Below are positions 9,818-20,091 of a stretch of DNA of 64,000 nucleotides, one piece after another. Position numbers and translations under genes: made by a program. The stretch is from the NCBI GenBank assembly GCA_963733055.1, contig CAVTBR010000001.1:896001-960000 (forward strand). The letters are read 5' to 3'. The notes beneath the pieces were generated by a model. The model ran no database searches. It was not told the DNA's origin and worked only from the letters and a program-made list of their open reading frames with translations. The DNA comes from Candidatus Bathyarchaeota archaeon (lineage in GTDB: Archaea > Thermoproteota > Bathyarchaeia > 40CM-2-53-6). Each line of letters begins with the position of its first letter. Position 1 is the first letter of the stretch.

Positions 9818-10930
9818 CTAACTCTTTAGGCGCGACACAAATTTTCCGAATCTCTCCAGCCCCGCCATCAAATCTTCCTCCTTAACAGCGAAAGAAATCC
9901 GCACAAAATCTTTCCCACGCTCACCAAACAAGTTTCCGGGCAGCACTCCAACTCGTTCGCGTTGAAGTAGTTGATAAGCAAATTCCTCACCGGTCATGCC
10001 TGTCTCGGCAACATTAACCCACGTGTAGAATGTTCCTTGTGGCGGAAGCGCCCCAATCAGGGGAATCTCAGAGAGGCTCTCCAAGACTAATTTTCGCCGA
10101 GCCGCGAATTGACCGACCATTCGGTTGATCGTGAGGGTCATTCTCGGATCCGTTAGAGCGCTAAATGCAGCCTTTTGCGAGATCGTACTTGCGCAAACCA
10201 AGACATATCCATTCAGAGCAACGATTTTCTCGACAATCTCCGGAGGTCCGGCTAGATATCCAACTCGCCAACCAGTCATCGCGTAAGCTTTGGAGAACCC
10301 GTTACTCGTGATAACACGTCCCTTGAAATCAGACAACGATGCGGGGCTTACATGCTCATAACCCGAGTAGAGTATTTTTTCATAAACCTCATCGGAAATG
10401 ACCGTCAGATCATATTTCTCCGCGAGTTCTCCAAGCGCCCGAATGTTCTCGTTAGAGAGGATGATTCCCGTAGGGTTACTTGGACTGTTTAAAATCAGAA
10501 CCTTAGTCTTTTCAGTGATTCGTCTCTCAGCCTCATCAACATCCAGCGACACGTTATTCGTCAGATTCAGGGGAACAGGGATTGGTTTTGCTCCACAGAG
10601 GCCGACGAGCGTCGTGTAGTGGAACCATGAGGGGTCTGGGACGAGGACTTCATCCCCTGGATCAACCAAGGCTAGCAACGCTGAGAAAATCCCTGAAGAT
10701 GAACCTGGAGTGATTAGAATGTCACTCTCATAGTCGCATTGGATTCCATTGTCGCGTCGGAGTTTTTCCGCGACAGCTCTTCTAAGCTCATCAAGGCCCG
10801 TGGCCGGGCTGTAGTGCGTCCATCCCTCGTCGATAGCTCTCTTCCCTGCTTCCCTCACGAAATCTGGTGTTTCGAAATCCGGTTCGCCTACGCTAAGGCG
10901 AATCACATCCCGGGGAAGTTTGAGTGCCAA
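9818..10930 (-). CDS. PLP-dependent aminotransferase class I/II (aspartate aminotransferase-like); true start probably further upstream
   Basis: LSVGEPDF, NSPSNPTG, SDEVY, GFSKAYAMTGWRVG. Confidence 0.93.
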   Translation of the reverse strand: MALKLPRDVIRLSVGEPDFETPDFVREAGKRAIDEGWTHYSPATGLDELRRAVAEKLRRDNGIQCDYESDILITPGSSSGIFSALLALVDPGDEVLVPDPSWFHYTTLVGLCGAKPIPVPLNLTNNVSLDVDEAERRITEKTKVLILNSPSNPTGIILSNENIRALGELAEKYDLTVISDEVYEKILYSGYEHVSPASLSDFKGRVITSNGFSKAYAMTGWRVGYLAGPPEIVEKIVALNGYVLVCASTISQKAAFSALTDPRMTLTINRMVGQFAARRKLVLESLSEIPLIGALPPQGTFYTWVNVAETGMTGEEFAYQLLQRERVGVLPGNLFGERGKDFVRISFAVKEEDLMAGLERFGKFVSRLKS

Positions 10931-11049
10931 CTTGAATGGTTCGGGAGAAATCTGGCTTACACGTTGCGCGATTTTTCTTCCCGCTAAGACGATCGCCTCC
11001 GGAGTCGGCTTCGTAGCCCTCTATTAGTGGCCTATAGGTTCTTCGTGGT

Positions 11050-12081
11050 ATGAGAGTTCGTCGGAGGTTCCAGACAACTTTGTCAAGAACCAAATTATCA
11101 AGCGTCAGGGTGACTGTGCCCGCCTCCACCGCAAACCTCGGGGCAGGCTTTGATGTGCTTTCGATTGCTTTAGAGTCGCCACGACTTGAACTAGAATTTC
11201 AGGCGGCCGATTCTGGGATAAGGACGATACGGGTTGATGGCGCTTACGCTGATGCGGTTAGTACAGATCCCAACCTGAATGCGGCAGGTAAAGCGCTCTC
11301 GGCTGTCTTTGAGAGGTTTGGGAAACCAGAAGGATACACTCTGCGAATGAGGGTCAACATACCGCCAAAGAAAGGATTAGGATTGTCAGGGGCCGAAGCT
11401 GTTGGAGCGGTTTTCTGTGCCGACCGAGTCTTCAAACTGGGACTAGAGGGACAATCTCTAGTTCAGCTCGCCGGAGAAGCGGAACCATCACATCATATGG
11501 ATAATGCCTCTGCGTCAGCACTCGGCGGATTTAATATCGTTTCCACAAACCCGCTAGACGCAGGACACGAGATCACAACAATCCGACCGCCGACCGACCT
11601 GGGAGTAGCACTTTTGATACCGAACGTTGAGAAGAGTTCGACAGAGGCGACACGCCAACTTCTACCTTCCACGATCCCCACTCCAGACCACATTCAGTCG
11701 ATGGGTTATGTGGCGAAGATCGCATCCGCGTTCGCCATGCGTGACGTGAAAACTATCATCGAAACCCTGCCATGGGACGAGATCATTGAACCATTACGGG
11801 CGGATGACGGTGTTTACGGGAAGGGAATAGATTCATCGTTCTTGCGAAACGAAAAGAAAATGCTACTTAAGCGATTCCATGTTGCAGAAACCATCAGCGG
11901 GGCGGGTCCATCCCGCGCGCTATGGTACAGTATCTCCGACGATCTTAGGCGGCGGAAGAATAAGACCGGTCTCATTCAACCAGCTATCGCGCTAGTGTCG
12001 GACAGGTTAGAGTCTCTTGGGTACGAAGTCATGGAAGTATTTCTCACCAAACCCTCTGCAAAGGGGGTCATAATTATCTAG
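11050..12081 (+). CDS. thrB: Homoserine kinase
   Basis: VPASTANLGAGFD, GHMP loop PPKKGLGLSGA, H.DN, ISGAGPS; adjacent to thrC. Confidence 0.9.
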   Translation: MRVRRRFQTTLSRTKLSSVRVTVPASTANLGAGFDVLSIALESPRLELEFQAADSGIRTIRVDGAYADAVSTDPNLNAAGKALSAVFERFGKPEGYTLRMRVNIPPKKGLGLSGAEAVGAVFCADRVFKLGLEGQSLVQLAGEAEPSHHMDNASASALGGFNIVSTNPLDAGHEITTIRPPTDLGVALLIPNVEKSSTEATRQLLPSTIPTPDHIQSMGYVAKIASAFAMRDVKTIIETLPWDEIIEPLRADDGVYGKGIDSSFLRNEKKMLLKRFHVAETISGAGPSRALWYSISDDLRRRKNKTGLIQPAIALVSDRLESLGYEVMEVFLTKPSAKGVIII

Positions 12082-12098
12082 AACTTGTTCCCGAGTCG

Positions 12099-13277
12099 AT
12101 GCTCACAATGAAACGAAGTCCATACCATTACCTCGAATGCATCGAGTGTTCAGCGAGATTCAAACCGACTCAAATCTACACCTGCCCAAAATGTGGCAAC
12201 TTACTTCAGATCGGTTACAAATATCAATCATTAAGGCGCAGATTCATTGCCTCAATCCGAAAATCTGACCCGATTTCGGTTTGGCGGTACAAGAATCTTC
12301 TTCCTTCATCAAGACGTAGTGCCGTGAGCCTCGGGGAGGGCGGAACACCGCTATCTCCCTCGGTTCGGCTCAAAGATCAATGGGGACTTTATGATGTCTA
12401 CTTCAAGAACGAAGGACAAAACCCAACGGGGTCGTTCAAAGATAGGGGTATGACTGTAGCAATTACAAGAGCTGTCGAGCTAGGCGCGAGAACCGTGATA
12501 TGTGCCTCGACTGGGAACACTTCAGCGTCGATGGCGGCCTACGCCGTGCGAGCGGGCATGCGGGCCGTGGTGCTTATTCCAGCGGGGAAGGTCGCCAAGG
12601 GGAAACTTCTTCAAGCCGTAGTTCACGGAGCGAGAATCCAGCAGGTGAGCGGAAACTTTGATGCTGCTCTCGAAAAAGCCAGAAAGGTGGCTCAAAACAG
12701 GAAACTCTACCTCGTCAATTCTTTAAATCCCTACCGAATAGAGGGCCAGAAGACCCTAGCACTCGAAATCTGGGAACAGCTTCACCACACGGTTCCGAAC
12801 GCAATCATCGTCCCGGTAGGAAACGCGGGCAACATTAGCGCCATCTGGAAAGGATTCTGGGAACTACGGAAGCTCAGGCTCACAAACCGCACGCCAAGAA
12901 TGATCGGCATCCAGGCCTCAGGCGCAGCACCCATAGCGGCTGCATACGCTAAGCGACAGAGCCGAGTAATCCCATGGAAACACCCTCAGACTTCAGCAAG
13001 TGCGATTCGAATCGGTGCCCCCGCGAGTTGGAAGAAGGCGCTGAGAGCTGTGAAGGATTCAGGAGGAACGATGCTAACCGTTTCAGATAACGAAATATCT
13101 CGAGCTCAACGCCTGCTTGCAAATCAGGAAGGGATATTCGCGGAACCAGCTAGCTCGGCATCGGTTGCCGGGCTAGCAAAAGCGGCAAAGTTAGGTTTAG
13201 TTAAACCTCGAGACCGCGTAGTCTGCATCATAACCGGCCACGGACTCAAAGACCAACAAGCAGTCGGCATTAGCTGA
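12099..13277 (+). CDS. thrC: Threonine synthase
   Basis: N-terminal Zn ribbon, LGEGGTPL, NPTGSFKDRG, CASTGNTSAS, PVGNAGN, TGHGLKD. Confidence 0.95.
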   Translation: MLTMKRSPYHYLECIECSARFKPTQIYTCPKCGNLLQIGYKYQSLRRRFIASIRKSDPISVWRYKNLLPSSRRSAVSLGEGGTPLSPSVRLKDQWGLYDVYFKNEGQNPTGSFKDRGMTVAITRAVELGARTVICASTGNTSASMAAYAVRAGMRAVVLIPAGKVAKGKLLQAVVHGARIQQVSGNFDAALEKARKVAQNRKLYLVNSLNPYRIEGQKTLALEIWEQLHHTVPNAIIVPVGNAGNISAIWKGFWELRKLRLTNRTPRMIGIQASGAAPIAAAYAKRQSRVIPWKHPQTSASAIRIGAPASWKKALRAVKDSGGTMLTVSDNEISRAQRLLANQEGIFAEPASSASVAGLAKAAKLGLVKPRDRVVCIITGHGLKDQQAVGIS

Positions 13278-13352
13278 AGAACATACTTCATCGCTGTTGA
13301 AGGTTACGCTCCGAGCTTCTGTGCTTGTTTTGCTCGTTTCCAGGTCCGTTTG

Positions 13353-13679
13353 CTAAAGAATTGAGTGTTCATCAATGTACAATGAAGTTAGGCTTCCGGC
13401 AAAGTTCTCCGTGTCCTTCTGTGTTGCCTTGCCTTCGGGTGAGTTGAACGCTTGTTTCATGCTGTCTGTATCATTGAACCATAGTTCCACGAGGCCATTG
13501 TAATCGGGCTCCCGGTTAGGAGGTCTCTTTACCACGTTCACAACGTACTTTCTGAGACCAGGCATTTTCTGGGCTAACGGCGCGTGAATCTCTAACCAGT
13601 ACTTTGCGAAATCATCATCGGTCAACCCCGCTCGCTTCTTTAGCAATATGATCATCTTGAACAAGGAAGTCCCACTCAC
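13353..13679 (-). CDS. EthD-family dimeric alpha/beta-barrel protein
   Basis: F..YW...HAPLA..MPGL..Y, ELWF, F.SPEG. Confidence 0.85.
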   Translation of the reverse strand: MSGTSLFKMIILLKKRAGLTDDDFAKYWLEIHAPLAQKMPGLRKYVVNVVKRPPNREPDYNGLVELWFNDTDSMKQAFNSPEGKATQKDTENFAGSLTSLYIDEHSIL

Positions 13680-13863
13680 TTTTCTATGCTCGACACAACC
13701 GTTCGAACTGCCAAATTAACCGTTTTGATGCAGCTCAAGACGATCACCTACCCATCCCCCGATCGGTCTTAATCCAAATAAGGTACTCATCCAACTTCAG
13801 TAATCCTGTTACACCACAACTGGCTAGTTAGTAAGAAGAAGAAACAAGTCTCGGGTGAAAAAG

Positions 13864-15156
13864 ATGCTTGACATGAGATTCGTTCGTGAAAATGTTGATC
13901 TGGTCAAAGAGAACCTCACACGTCGGGGCGAATTAGACAAGCTTCCTTGGGTGGATCAACTAATCGACGACGACAAGAAATGGCGGAGTGTTCAGAGCGA
14001 AGCGAATAATCTTCGGGCCAAGAGAAATAAGCTCACGGAAGAAATCGCGCAGTTACGAAGAAAGGGTGAAGACACTTCAAGTCTGGTCAAGCAAGCTGAA
14101 CAAATCCCCGACCAAATCAAGCATCTTGAGCAAGAAACGGCTGACCTTGAAAAGAAGGTAACTAGCATACTCACGAATTTGCCAAATATCATGCATGAAA
14201 GCGTGCCTTACGGTAAAGATGAGAACGACAATCTTGAAGTGAGAAAGTGGGGAATTTCTTCGGGGTTCGACTTTCAACCGAAAGACCACATCGACCTCGC
14301 CACAGGTTTGGGGCTTATCGACATGGAGCGAGCTGCGAAGGTTGCGGGCAGTAGATTCTACTACCTCAGGGGCGACTTGGTAAAGCTAAACCACGCGTTA
14401 ATCATGTTCGCCTTAGATTTCATTGAGAAGAAAGGATACAAGCTGACGCTTCCTCCGTACCTTCTACGAAGAGAAGCAGTCGGTGGTGCTGTAGCCCTCT
14501 CAGATTTCGAGGACGTGATATACAAAATCGAGGGCGAGGATCTTTACTTGCTAGCCACGTCCGAGCATGCTTTGCTTGCTCAGCATATGGATGAGATACT
14601 GGATGGCAAGTGTCTTCCTTTGAGGTACGCTGGTGTAAGTCCTAACTTCAGAAAAGAGGCTGGTGCACATGGCCGGGATACGAAGGGTATCTTCCGGACA
14701 CACCAGTTCGAGAAGGTTGAACAATTCATATTTTGCAAACCCGACCAATCATGGGTGGAACATGAGAAACTAATCGCTAACGCCGAAGAGTTCGTTCAAT
14801 TGCTAAAGCTACCCTATCGAATCGTCAACGTTTGTACTGGTGACCTAGGAACTGTTGCAGCAAAAAAGTATGATTTGGAAGCTTGGCTGCCGGGTCAGGG
14901 GAAATACCGAGAGATCGTATCATGCAGTAACTGCACAGCCTACCAAGCCGTGCGATCCAAAGTCAGGTTTAGAGTTAAGCCCGGCGAGCCAACCCAGTGG
15001 GTTCACACGCTTAACAGCACTCTAGTGGCGACTGAAAGAACACTAGTCGCCATCATGGAGAATTATCAAACGAAAGACGGGTCGATCGCTCTCCCCGATT
15101 CACTGCAAGCGTACATGGGGAATGCCACAAAGATCAAGCCTTTCACTTCGCAGTAA
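13864..15156 (+). CDS. serS: Serine--tRNA ligase (standard type; ORF open from 13855)
   Basis: MLD..FVREN, N-terminal coiled coil, ATSE, FRKEAG, RTHQFEKVEQ, EIVSCSNC, HTLNST. Confidence 0.97.
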   Translation: MLDMRFVRENVDLVKENLTRRGELDKLPWVDQLIDDDKKWRSVQSEANNLRAKRNKLTEEIAQLRRKGEDTSSLVKQAEQIPDQIKHLEQETADLEKKVTSILTNLPNIMHESVPYGKDENDNLEVRKWGISSGFDFQPKDHIDLATGLGLIDMERAAKVAGSRFYYLRGDLVKLNHALIMFALDFIEKKGYKLTLPPYLLRREAVGGAVALSDFEDVIYKIEGEDLYLLATSEHALLAQHMDEILDGKCLPLRYAGVSPNFRKEAGAHGRDTKGIFRTHQFEKVEQFIFCKPDQSWVEHEKLIANAEEFVQLLKLPYRIVNVCTGDLGTVAAKKYDLEAWLPGQGKYREIVSCSNCTAYQAVRSKVRFRVKPGEPTQWVHTLNSTLVATERTLVAIMENYQTKDGSIALPDSLQAYMGNATKIKPFTSQ

Positions 15157-15197
15157 ACGGTATAAGCGGTTAAACTGTACGACGAAACGACTCATTG

Positions 15198-16397
15198 ATG
15201 GCCAAGTTATCCTCTCGAATCGACAGGATTCACACTTCTCCCATTCGCAGAGTTGCCGGTCTCCTAGACGAGGCGCGCGAACGCAGCGACATTATCTCAT
15301 TCGGAGGAGGCGCGCCCAGCCTTCCACCACCCAAGAAATTTCTCGACGAATTCAGTCGGCTATTGAAGGAAAATCCCTTGAGAAGCTGCGGATACACTGG
15401 AACAAAGGGTATTCCGCAACTTCGAGAAGCCGTGGCACAAGACGTGAAGAAGTACGGCCGCGTTAACTTCGACCCTCACTCCGAAATAATCGTAACGACC
15501 GGCGCAACAGAATCCATCTACACCACACTCATGTCCATCGTCGACCCAGGCGACGAAGTGATCATCACGGATCCGACTTATCTTGGATACGGGGAGACGA
15601 TTGAGCTTGCACAAGGACGGCCTAGGTGGATCCCAGTCCATGTCGTCAATGGGTATCAACCGGATGACGAGCAACTCAAGGAGGCGGTCTCACAGAAAAC
15701 TAAAGCAATGATCGTGCTTTCCCCAGACAACCCCACTGGTAGAATTATCAATGAATCTTTTGTCAAAACCCTCATAGATTTGGCGGTGGATCACGACTTC
15801 TGGATAATCAGCGATGACATCTACAAACACATTATCTACGAGGGAGAACACCAATGGATCAGTCGCTTTCCCGAAGCCAAGGAACGCACGATTACGGTCT
15901 GCAGTTTCTCGAAGGAAGCTGGTATACCAGGCTTAAGGCTCGGGTATACCCTGGCTTCGAAGCAAGTAATTGATTCGATCGAGAAACTCCAACAGTACTG
16001 CACTTTGGCCCCTGAAAGCATCGCGCAATTCGCGCTCGTGAAATTCCTTAACGAAGACATGAAAGCACACTACATCAAAGAATCATTGACTAATTACCTC
16101 AGCAAACGGGACCTGATGGATAGCGCGATACAACAGTATCTGCCATTGGCCAAAACCGTAAAGCCGGCAGGCGCCTTCTACTACTTCGTCGATGTGCGCA
16201 ATTATCTCACGAAAGCTAGCCAAACCGAAGAGGAATTTGCAGAACAACTGCTTAGAACCGAAAACGTTGCAGTGATTCCAGGCCGATTCTTCGGGGATAA
16301 CGGAATCGGACACGTCAGGATGACTTTTGTAACCGAACCAGAAGAACGAATCAAACTCGGCATGGAGAAGATCCATCAATTTTGCGAGGCATTGTAG
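15198..16397 (+). CDS. PLP-dependent aminotransferase class I/II
   Basis: ISFGGGAP, SPDNPTG, SDDIY, SFSK...PGLRLG. Confidence 0.92.
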   Translation: MAKLSSRIDRIHTSPIRRVAGLLDEARERSDIISFGGGAPSLPPPKKFLDEFSRLLKENPLRSCGYTGTKGIPQLREAVAQDVKKYGRVNFDPHSEIIVTTGATESIYTTLMSIVDPGDEVIITDPTYLGYGETIELAQGRPRWIPVHVVNGYQPDDEQLKEAVSQKTKAMIVLSPDNPTGRIINESFVKTLIDLAVDHDFWIISDDIYKHIIYEGEHQWISRFPEAKERTITVCSFSKEAGIPGLRLGYTLASKQVIDSIEKLQQYCTLAPESIAQFALVKFLNEDMKAHYIKESLTNYLSKRDLMDSAIQQYLPLAKTVKPAGAFYYFVDVRNYLTKASQTEEEFAEQLLRTENVAVIPGRFFGDNGIGHVRMTFVTEPEERIKLGMEKIHQFCEAL

Positions 16398-16446
16398 TTC
16401 GGCTAGATTTTGGCCTGTACTTGTTTTGCTAGCGTATCTATTGCAT

Positions 16447-17136
16447 CTAAGATATTTTTGTCTTCGAGAGATAATCTTTGAGGCCGTTCCAGCCCTTGTC
16501 TGTTTTGATCCTCACAGTTGCGAAAGCTTGCTTTCCCGTCAAGGTTCGAGGTTCTTCCCCTGTTATTTCACGAATCATGAATCGAGCTGCACTCAGCACC
16601 TCGCCGTTAAGTTCCGCTTCCGCATGATCGCCTAGGTGGCAAATGAGGGCTTCAATTGTCATCGGTCCCATGGGTCCGAACTGCCTGCCGTGACTTGCAG
16701 CTACGACATGTACCGCATCTAAGGGGAAGTCTCTTCGGACTAACTCCGCAGTGGCGAGTGTTAGGTGATCAAGCCTCTCGGCTAAATCCGAACGACGATA
16801 TCTTCCGTCCCCTCGCTCAATATAGGTAGCGGGTTTGAAGATGTCATGCAAGAGGACGCCACAGATTACAAGGTCCTTGTTCACTCGGCAATTGTAGAGG
16901 TCTTCAACGATTTTTGATAAGGCCATGCAAAGTTGGTAGAGAGCCAGTGTGTGTTCCACGAATCCGCCTGGGTAGTTGTGATGGTGCCATACGCTAGCAG
17001 GGGATTTCTCGGTCGGTATTCCGGAGTAGGTTTTGCCCCCGATCTTGATTGATGGGTTCTGAAGTAACCCGTGAACTTTCTGTCGGAGTTTTCTATCTTG
17101 GATTCGGTTGACGACTGTAAGGAGATTCTTGTCCAA
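16447..17136 (-). CDS. mptB: HD-domain phosphodiesterase resembling MJ0837/MptB (dihydroneopterin 2',3'-cyclic phosphate phosphodiesterase)
   Basis: SPAS..HH.YPGG..EHT, LLHDIFK, LDHLTLA.AEL..RDFP, SHG motifs recalled from the MJ0837 family. Confidence 0.7.
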   Translation of the reverse strand: MDKNLLTVVNRIQDRKLRQKVHGLLQNPSIKIGGKTYSGIPTEKSPASVWHHHNYPGGFVEHTLALYQLCMALSKIVEDLYNCRVNKDLVICGVLLHDIFKPATYIERGDGRYRRSDLAERLDHLTLATAELVRRDFPLDAVHVVAASHGRQFGPMGPMTIEALICHLGDHAEAELNGEVLSAARFMIREITGEEPRTLTGKQAFATVRIKTDKGWNGLKDYLSKTKIS

Positions 17137-17268
17137 TGAAACCTTCGCTATAGTTCGCCTTTGTGCAATTAAATGTGGGCTATGCGGAATTTTGGTTTCA
17201 GTGGGACATCGTGCAGGTTTGAGCTTAGATCGGCGGATTTCGGTCGGGGCGTATTCAGGGACTGGTAG

Positions 17269-19854
17269 TTAGGAGCATGCGCCCCAACCGCATTCAGGGC
17301 AGATATAGCAACCTTCCTGGTATACGACTTGGCTCGTGCATTGGGGGCAAATCTTGAGTTGCTCCCCTAAGCCTTGGGCGCCGCCTACTAGAGGGACCGC
17401 GAGAAGTTTTGGCGTGTTGTGTACCTGTTCCTCTTCAGGTTTTTCTTGGCTTTGGGAAGATTCATGTTTCTTGCGCGATGCTACGAGAACCTGGCCTTTG
17501 ATTGATGTATCTCGGAACACGGTCACATCTTTGCAACCTAGCCTGTAGGCTAACAAATACGACTCACGCATGTCTTCGACCGTTGCGTTTGCGGGGAAGT
17601 TGTTTGTTTTGGATATTGATGAGTCAGTCCATCTTTGAAAGGATGCTAAAGCCCGTATGTGGTCTTCGGGGCGAATGTCCATCGCAGTGATGTATACGCG
17701 TTTCAGATCTTCGGGTATGTAGGTGATCCTTTGGATAGAGCCGCCGTGGTCTGTAACGTCCATGAGCAAATCTTCTCCGAATAATCCTTCTTCTGTCATA
17801 ACCCGTTCGAAGACCGGATCTATGTAGTAGAAACTTCCAACCTTGACGTGCTTCTCAAAGACTAGGGAGTAGATGGGTTCAATTCCACTACTGCAACCCG
17901 CGATCATTGAGATGCTTCCCGTCGGTGCAATAACGGTCGTGTATCCGTTCCGGACACCATGCCGCTTAATCATATCCGCGACCTTGTCCCATTCGAAGTG
18001 CCATGCTTTTCTATCCTTGAATGCGGAGAAGGGAAGCTTTCCTTCAGGGTAGAAGCTCTTGTTGTAGTACGGCAGAGATCCGCGTTCTTTTGCGAGTTCG
18101 ATTGACGCAATCTTGGAGTGGTAGTTGATGAATTCCATGAGTTCTTCCATGATCTTCCTACCTTGCTCGCTACTGTATGTAGCGCGCAGTTCAAAGAGCA
18201 TGTCAGCGAGACCCATTACCCCCAAACCGATCTTTCTTGTTGCCAACGTCATTTCTTCGATGGCTTTTAGCGGGAAGTTGTTCACGTCAATGACGTTGTC
18301 GAGAAATCGAGACCCGGCGTACACTGCCTCTCGTAGTCCATCCCAGTCGTATGTTGTTTTGCCATTCGCATCATGCTTGATGAATGCCCAGACATTGATG
18401 CTGCCAAGGTTGCATGATTCGTTAGGGTAGAGTAGGACTTCGCCACATGGGTTCGTAGTAACTATCGGCCCTAGGTGCTGCAGGAACGGGTTGTGCTCGT
18501 TCACGTGATCGAAGAAAATTACTCCTGGTTCAGCGCTTTCCCAAGCCTGGTACACGATCATGTCGAACAGTAATCGTGCGTTTATGTCACGCACAACCTG
18601 TCCCGTTCTGGGGTTGACGAGAGGGTAGGGTTTGTTGGTTTTGTAGCTTTCCCAGAACTCTGGCATTATTAGAACGGATATGTTGAAGTTTCTGAGAGCC
18701 TTGTTTCCTTTCTTTGCAGTGATGAATTTCTCGACGTCCGGGTGATTACTGTCGAGGATGCCCATGTTAGCTCCTCGTCGGATCCCGCCCTGTTTGATAA
18801 CGTCGGTCATAGTGTCGAATAACATCATGAAGCTGATTGGGCCAGAAGCTACACCTGAGGTCGAGCTTACATAATCTCCTTCCGGCCTTAGTTTCGAGAA
18901 ATTGTATCCCATCCCGCCCCCAGCCTTGAATACTACGGCGGTCTGTTTCAGTGTCTCCATGATACTCTCAATAGAATCATCTACTCCAAGAACGAAGCAG
19001 GCGGAGCCCATGCCGAGGACGTTTCCGAAATTGGCAATCGCCGGGGTGTTGGGCATGAACTTTCGAGTGACCATTAGTTCGTAAAACGAGTTAATTGACT
19101 TCTCAAATTTGTTAAAGCGTCCGTTCTTGAGCATGTCGAAGAACGTAGGCCATGAAACCTTTGCTTCTCCTCCGAGATCGAATCTGTCGTACATTCTCTT
19201 CAGTGCTTCGAGGTGATAGCGGTTAAGTGAATATTTCCCGATGGAGATCTTCTCATGGAACTGTTCAGGGTCGAAAATTTCCCGCGGGTGTGGACGCTGT
19301 TTCTTGGTGATGTCGAAAACCTCGACGTCGTATAGCAGATCCGGTAAAGCTGCGTGAACGGCTATTCTTGTAAAAAGTTGTTTCGGCGTTTCTACGAGTT
19401 TACCGGTCTCATCCTTCTTCAGATATCGGGCTTTGAGGACACGTAGGGCGTTCAGGTCGAATACTTTGTCAACCTCGTCGATGACTTCTTTCTCGAGGAT
19501 TCTCTGTTTTTCGCGTCGAATCTCGGCGCACTTTTGCCTGTAGATAATGTATGCTTTAGCTACCTTGGCCTGTCCGTTTTCAACTAGCGCCCGTTCGACT
19601 ACGTCCTGGACATCTTCGACCGCAGGGATCGTTCCTGTTCCGTATTTTTCGTCGAGAATTTCGATCACTCGCGCAGAGAGCGACTCTGCGAGAGTTCGGT
19701 CTTCTCTTCCGCCTGTGGCGATGACGGCCTTGTAGACTGCGCTAGTGATCTTTTCTTTGTCGAATGCGACGATGCGTCCGTCACGTTTTCTAATCTGACT
19801 GATCTTCAAGCTAGATGGGACCTTTCTCTTCGATGACTGAACGTGGGCTACCAA
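17269..19854 (-). CDS. nrdJ: Adenosylcobalamin-dependent (class II) ribonucleotide reductase with N-terminal ATP cone and C-terminal Zn ribbon
   Basis: KRDGRIVAFDKEKI ATP cone, SACFV, RRGANMG, TNPCGE, IAPTGSIS, ISKTNN, CPQC..CPECGWGAC. Confidence 0.95.
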   Translation of the reverse strand: MVAHVQSSKRKVPSSLKISQIRKRDGRIVAFDKEKITSAVYKAVIATGGREDRTLAESLSARVIEILDEKYGTGTIPAVEDVQDVVERALVENGQAKVAKAYIIYRQKCAEIRREKQRILEKEVIDEVDKVFDLNALRVLKARYLKKDETGKLVETPKQLFTRIAVHAALPDLLYDVEVFDITKKQRPHPREIFDPEQFHEKISIGKYSLNRYHLEALKRMYDRFDLGGEAKVSWPTFFDMLKNGRFNKFEKSINSFYELMVTRKFMPNTPAIANFGNVLGMGSACFVLGVDDSIESIMETLKQTAVVFKAGGGMGYNFSKLRPEGDYVSSTSGVASGPISFMMLFDTMTDVIKQGGIRRGANMGILDSNHPDVEKFITAKKGNKALRNFNISVLIMPEFWESYKTNKPYPLVNPRTGQVVRDINARLLFDMIVYQAWESAEPGVIFFDHVNEHNPFLQHLGPIVTTNPCGEVLLYPNESCNLGSINVWAFIKHDANGKTTYDWDGLREAVYAGSRFLDNVIDVNNFPLKAIEEMTLATRKIGLGVMGLADMLFELRATYSSEQGRKIMEELMEFINYHSKIASIELAKERGSLPYYNKSFYPEGKLPFSAFKDRKAWHFEWDKVADMIKRHGVRNGYTTVIAPTGSISMIAGCSSGIEPIYSLVFEKHVKVGSFYYIDPVFERVMTEEGLFGEDLLMDVTDHGGSIQRITYIPEDLKRVYITAMDIRPEDHIRALASFQRWTDSSISKTNNFPANATVEDMRESYLLAYRLGCKDVTVFRDTSIKGQVLVASRKKHESSQSQEKPEEEQVHNTPKLLAVPLVGGAQGLGEQLKICPQCTSQVVYQEGCYICPECGWGACS

Positions 19855-20091
19855 TTTGATTTTTGCCTCTCAAAAGGTAAGGACTCGTGTAAGCCCCCTT
19901 TCGCACTTTAATAGTTTTCGACAGAATTGTATAAAATATTGTACCATTCCGCAGAGGAAATGCATCGTCGCATTCAACAACCTTTGGGGAGTTTCGACTG
20001 GAAGGGTTGACTTGTCAATTCTCGGCCCATGGATCCGAGTGGAAAAGGCTTTTATTATTTGGAACTGGGCCTACGAAAAATTGTATCCGAG

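Noticed and set aside
17269-19854. Intein in the RNR
   Set aside because: No C/S...HN-C/S/T splice junctions or LAGLIDADG motifs, and the length is normal.
19900-19950. NrdR boxes upstream of nrdJ
   Set aside because: The AT-rich stretch fits an archaeal TATA region; no convincing tandem 16-bp NrdR palindromes.
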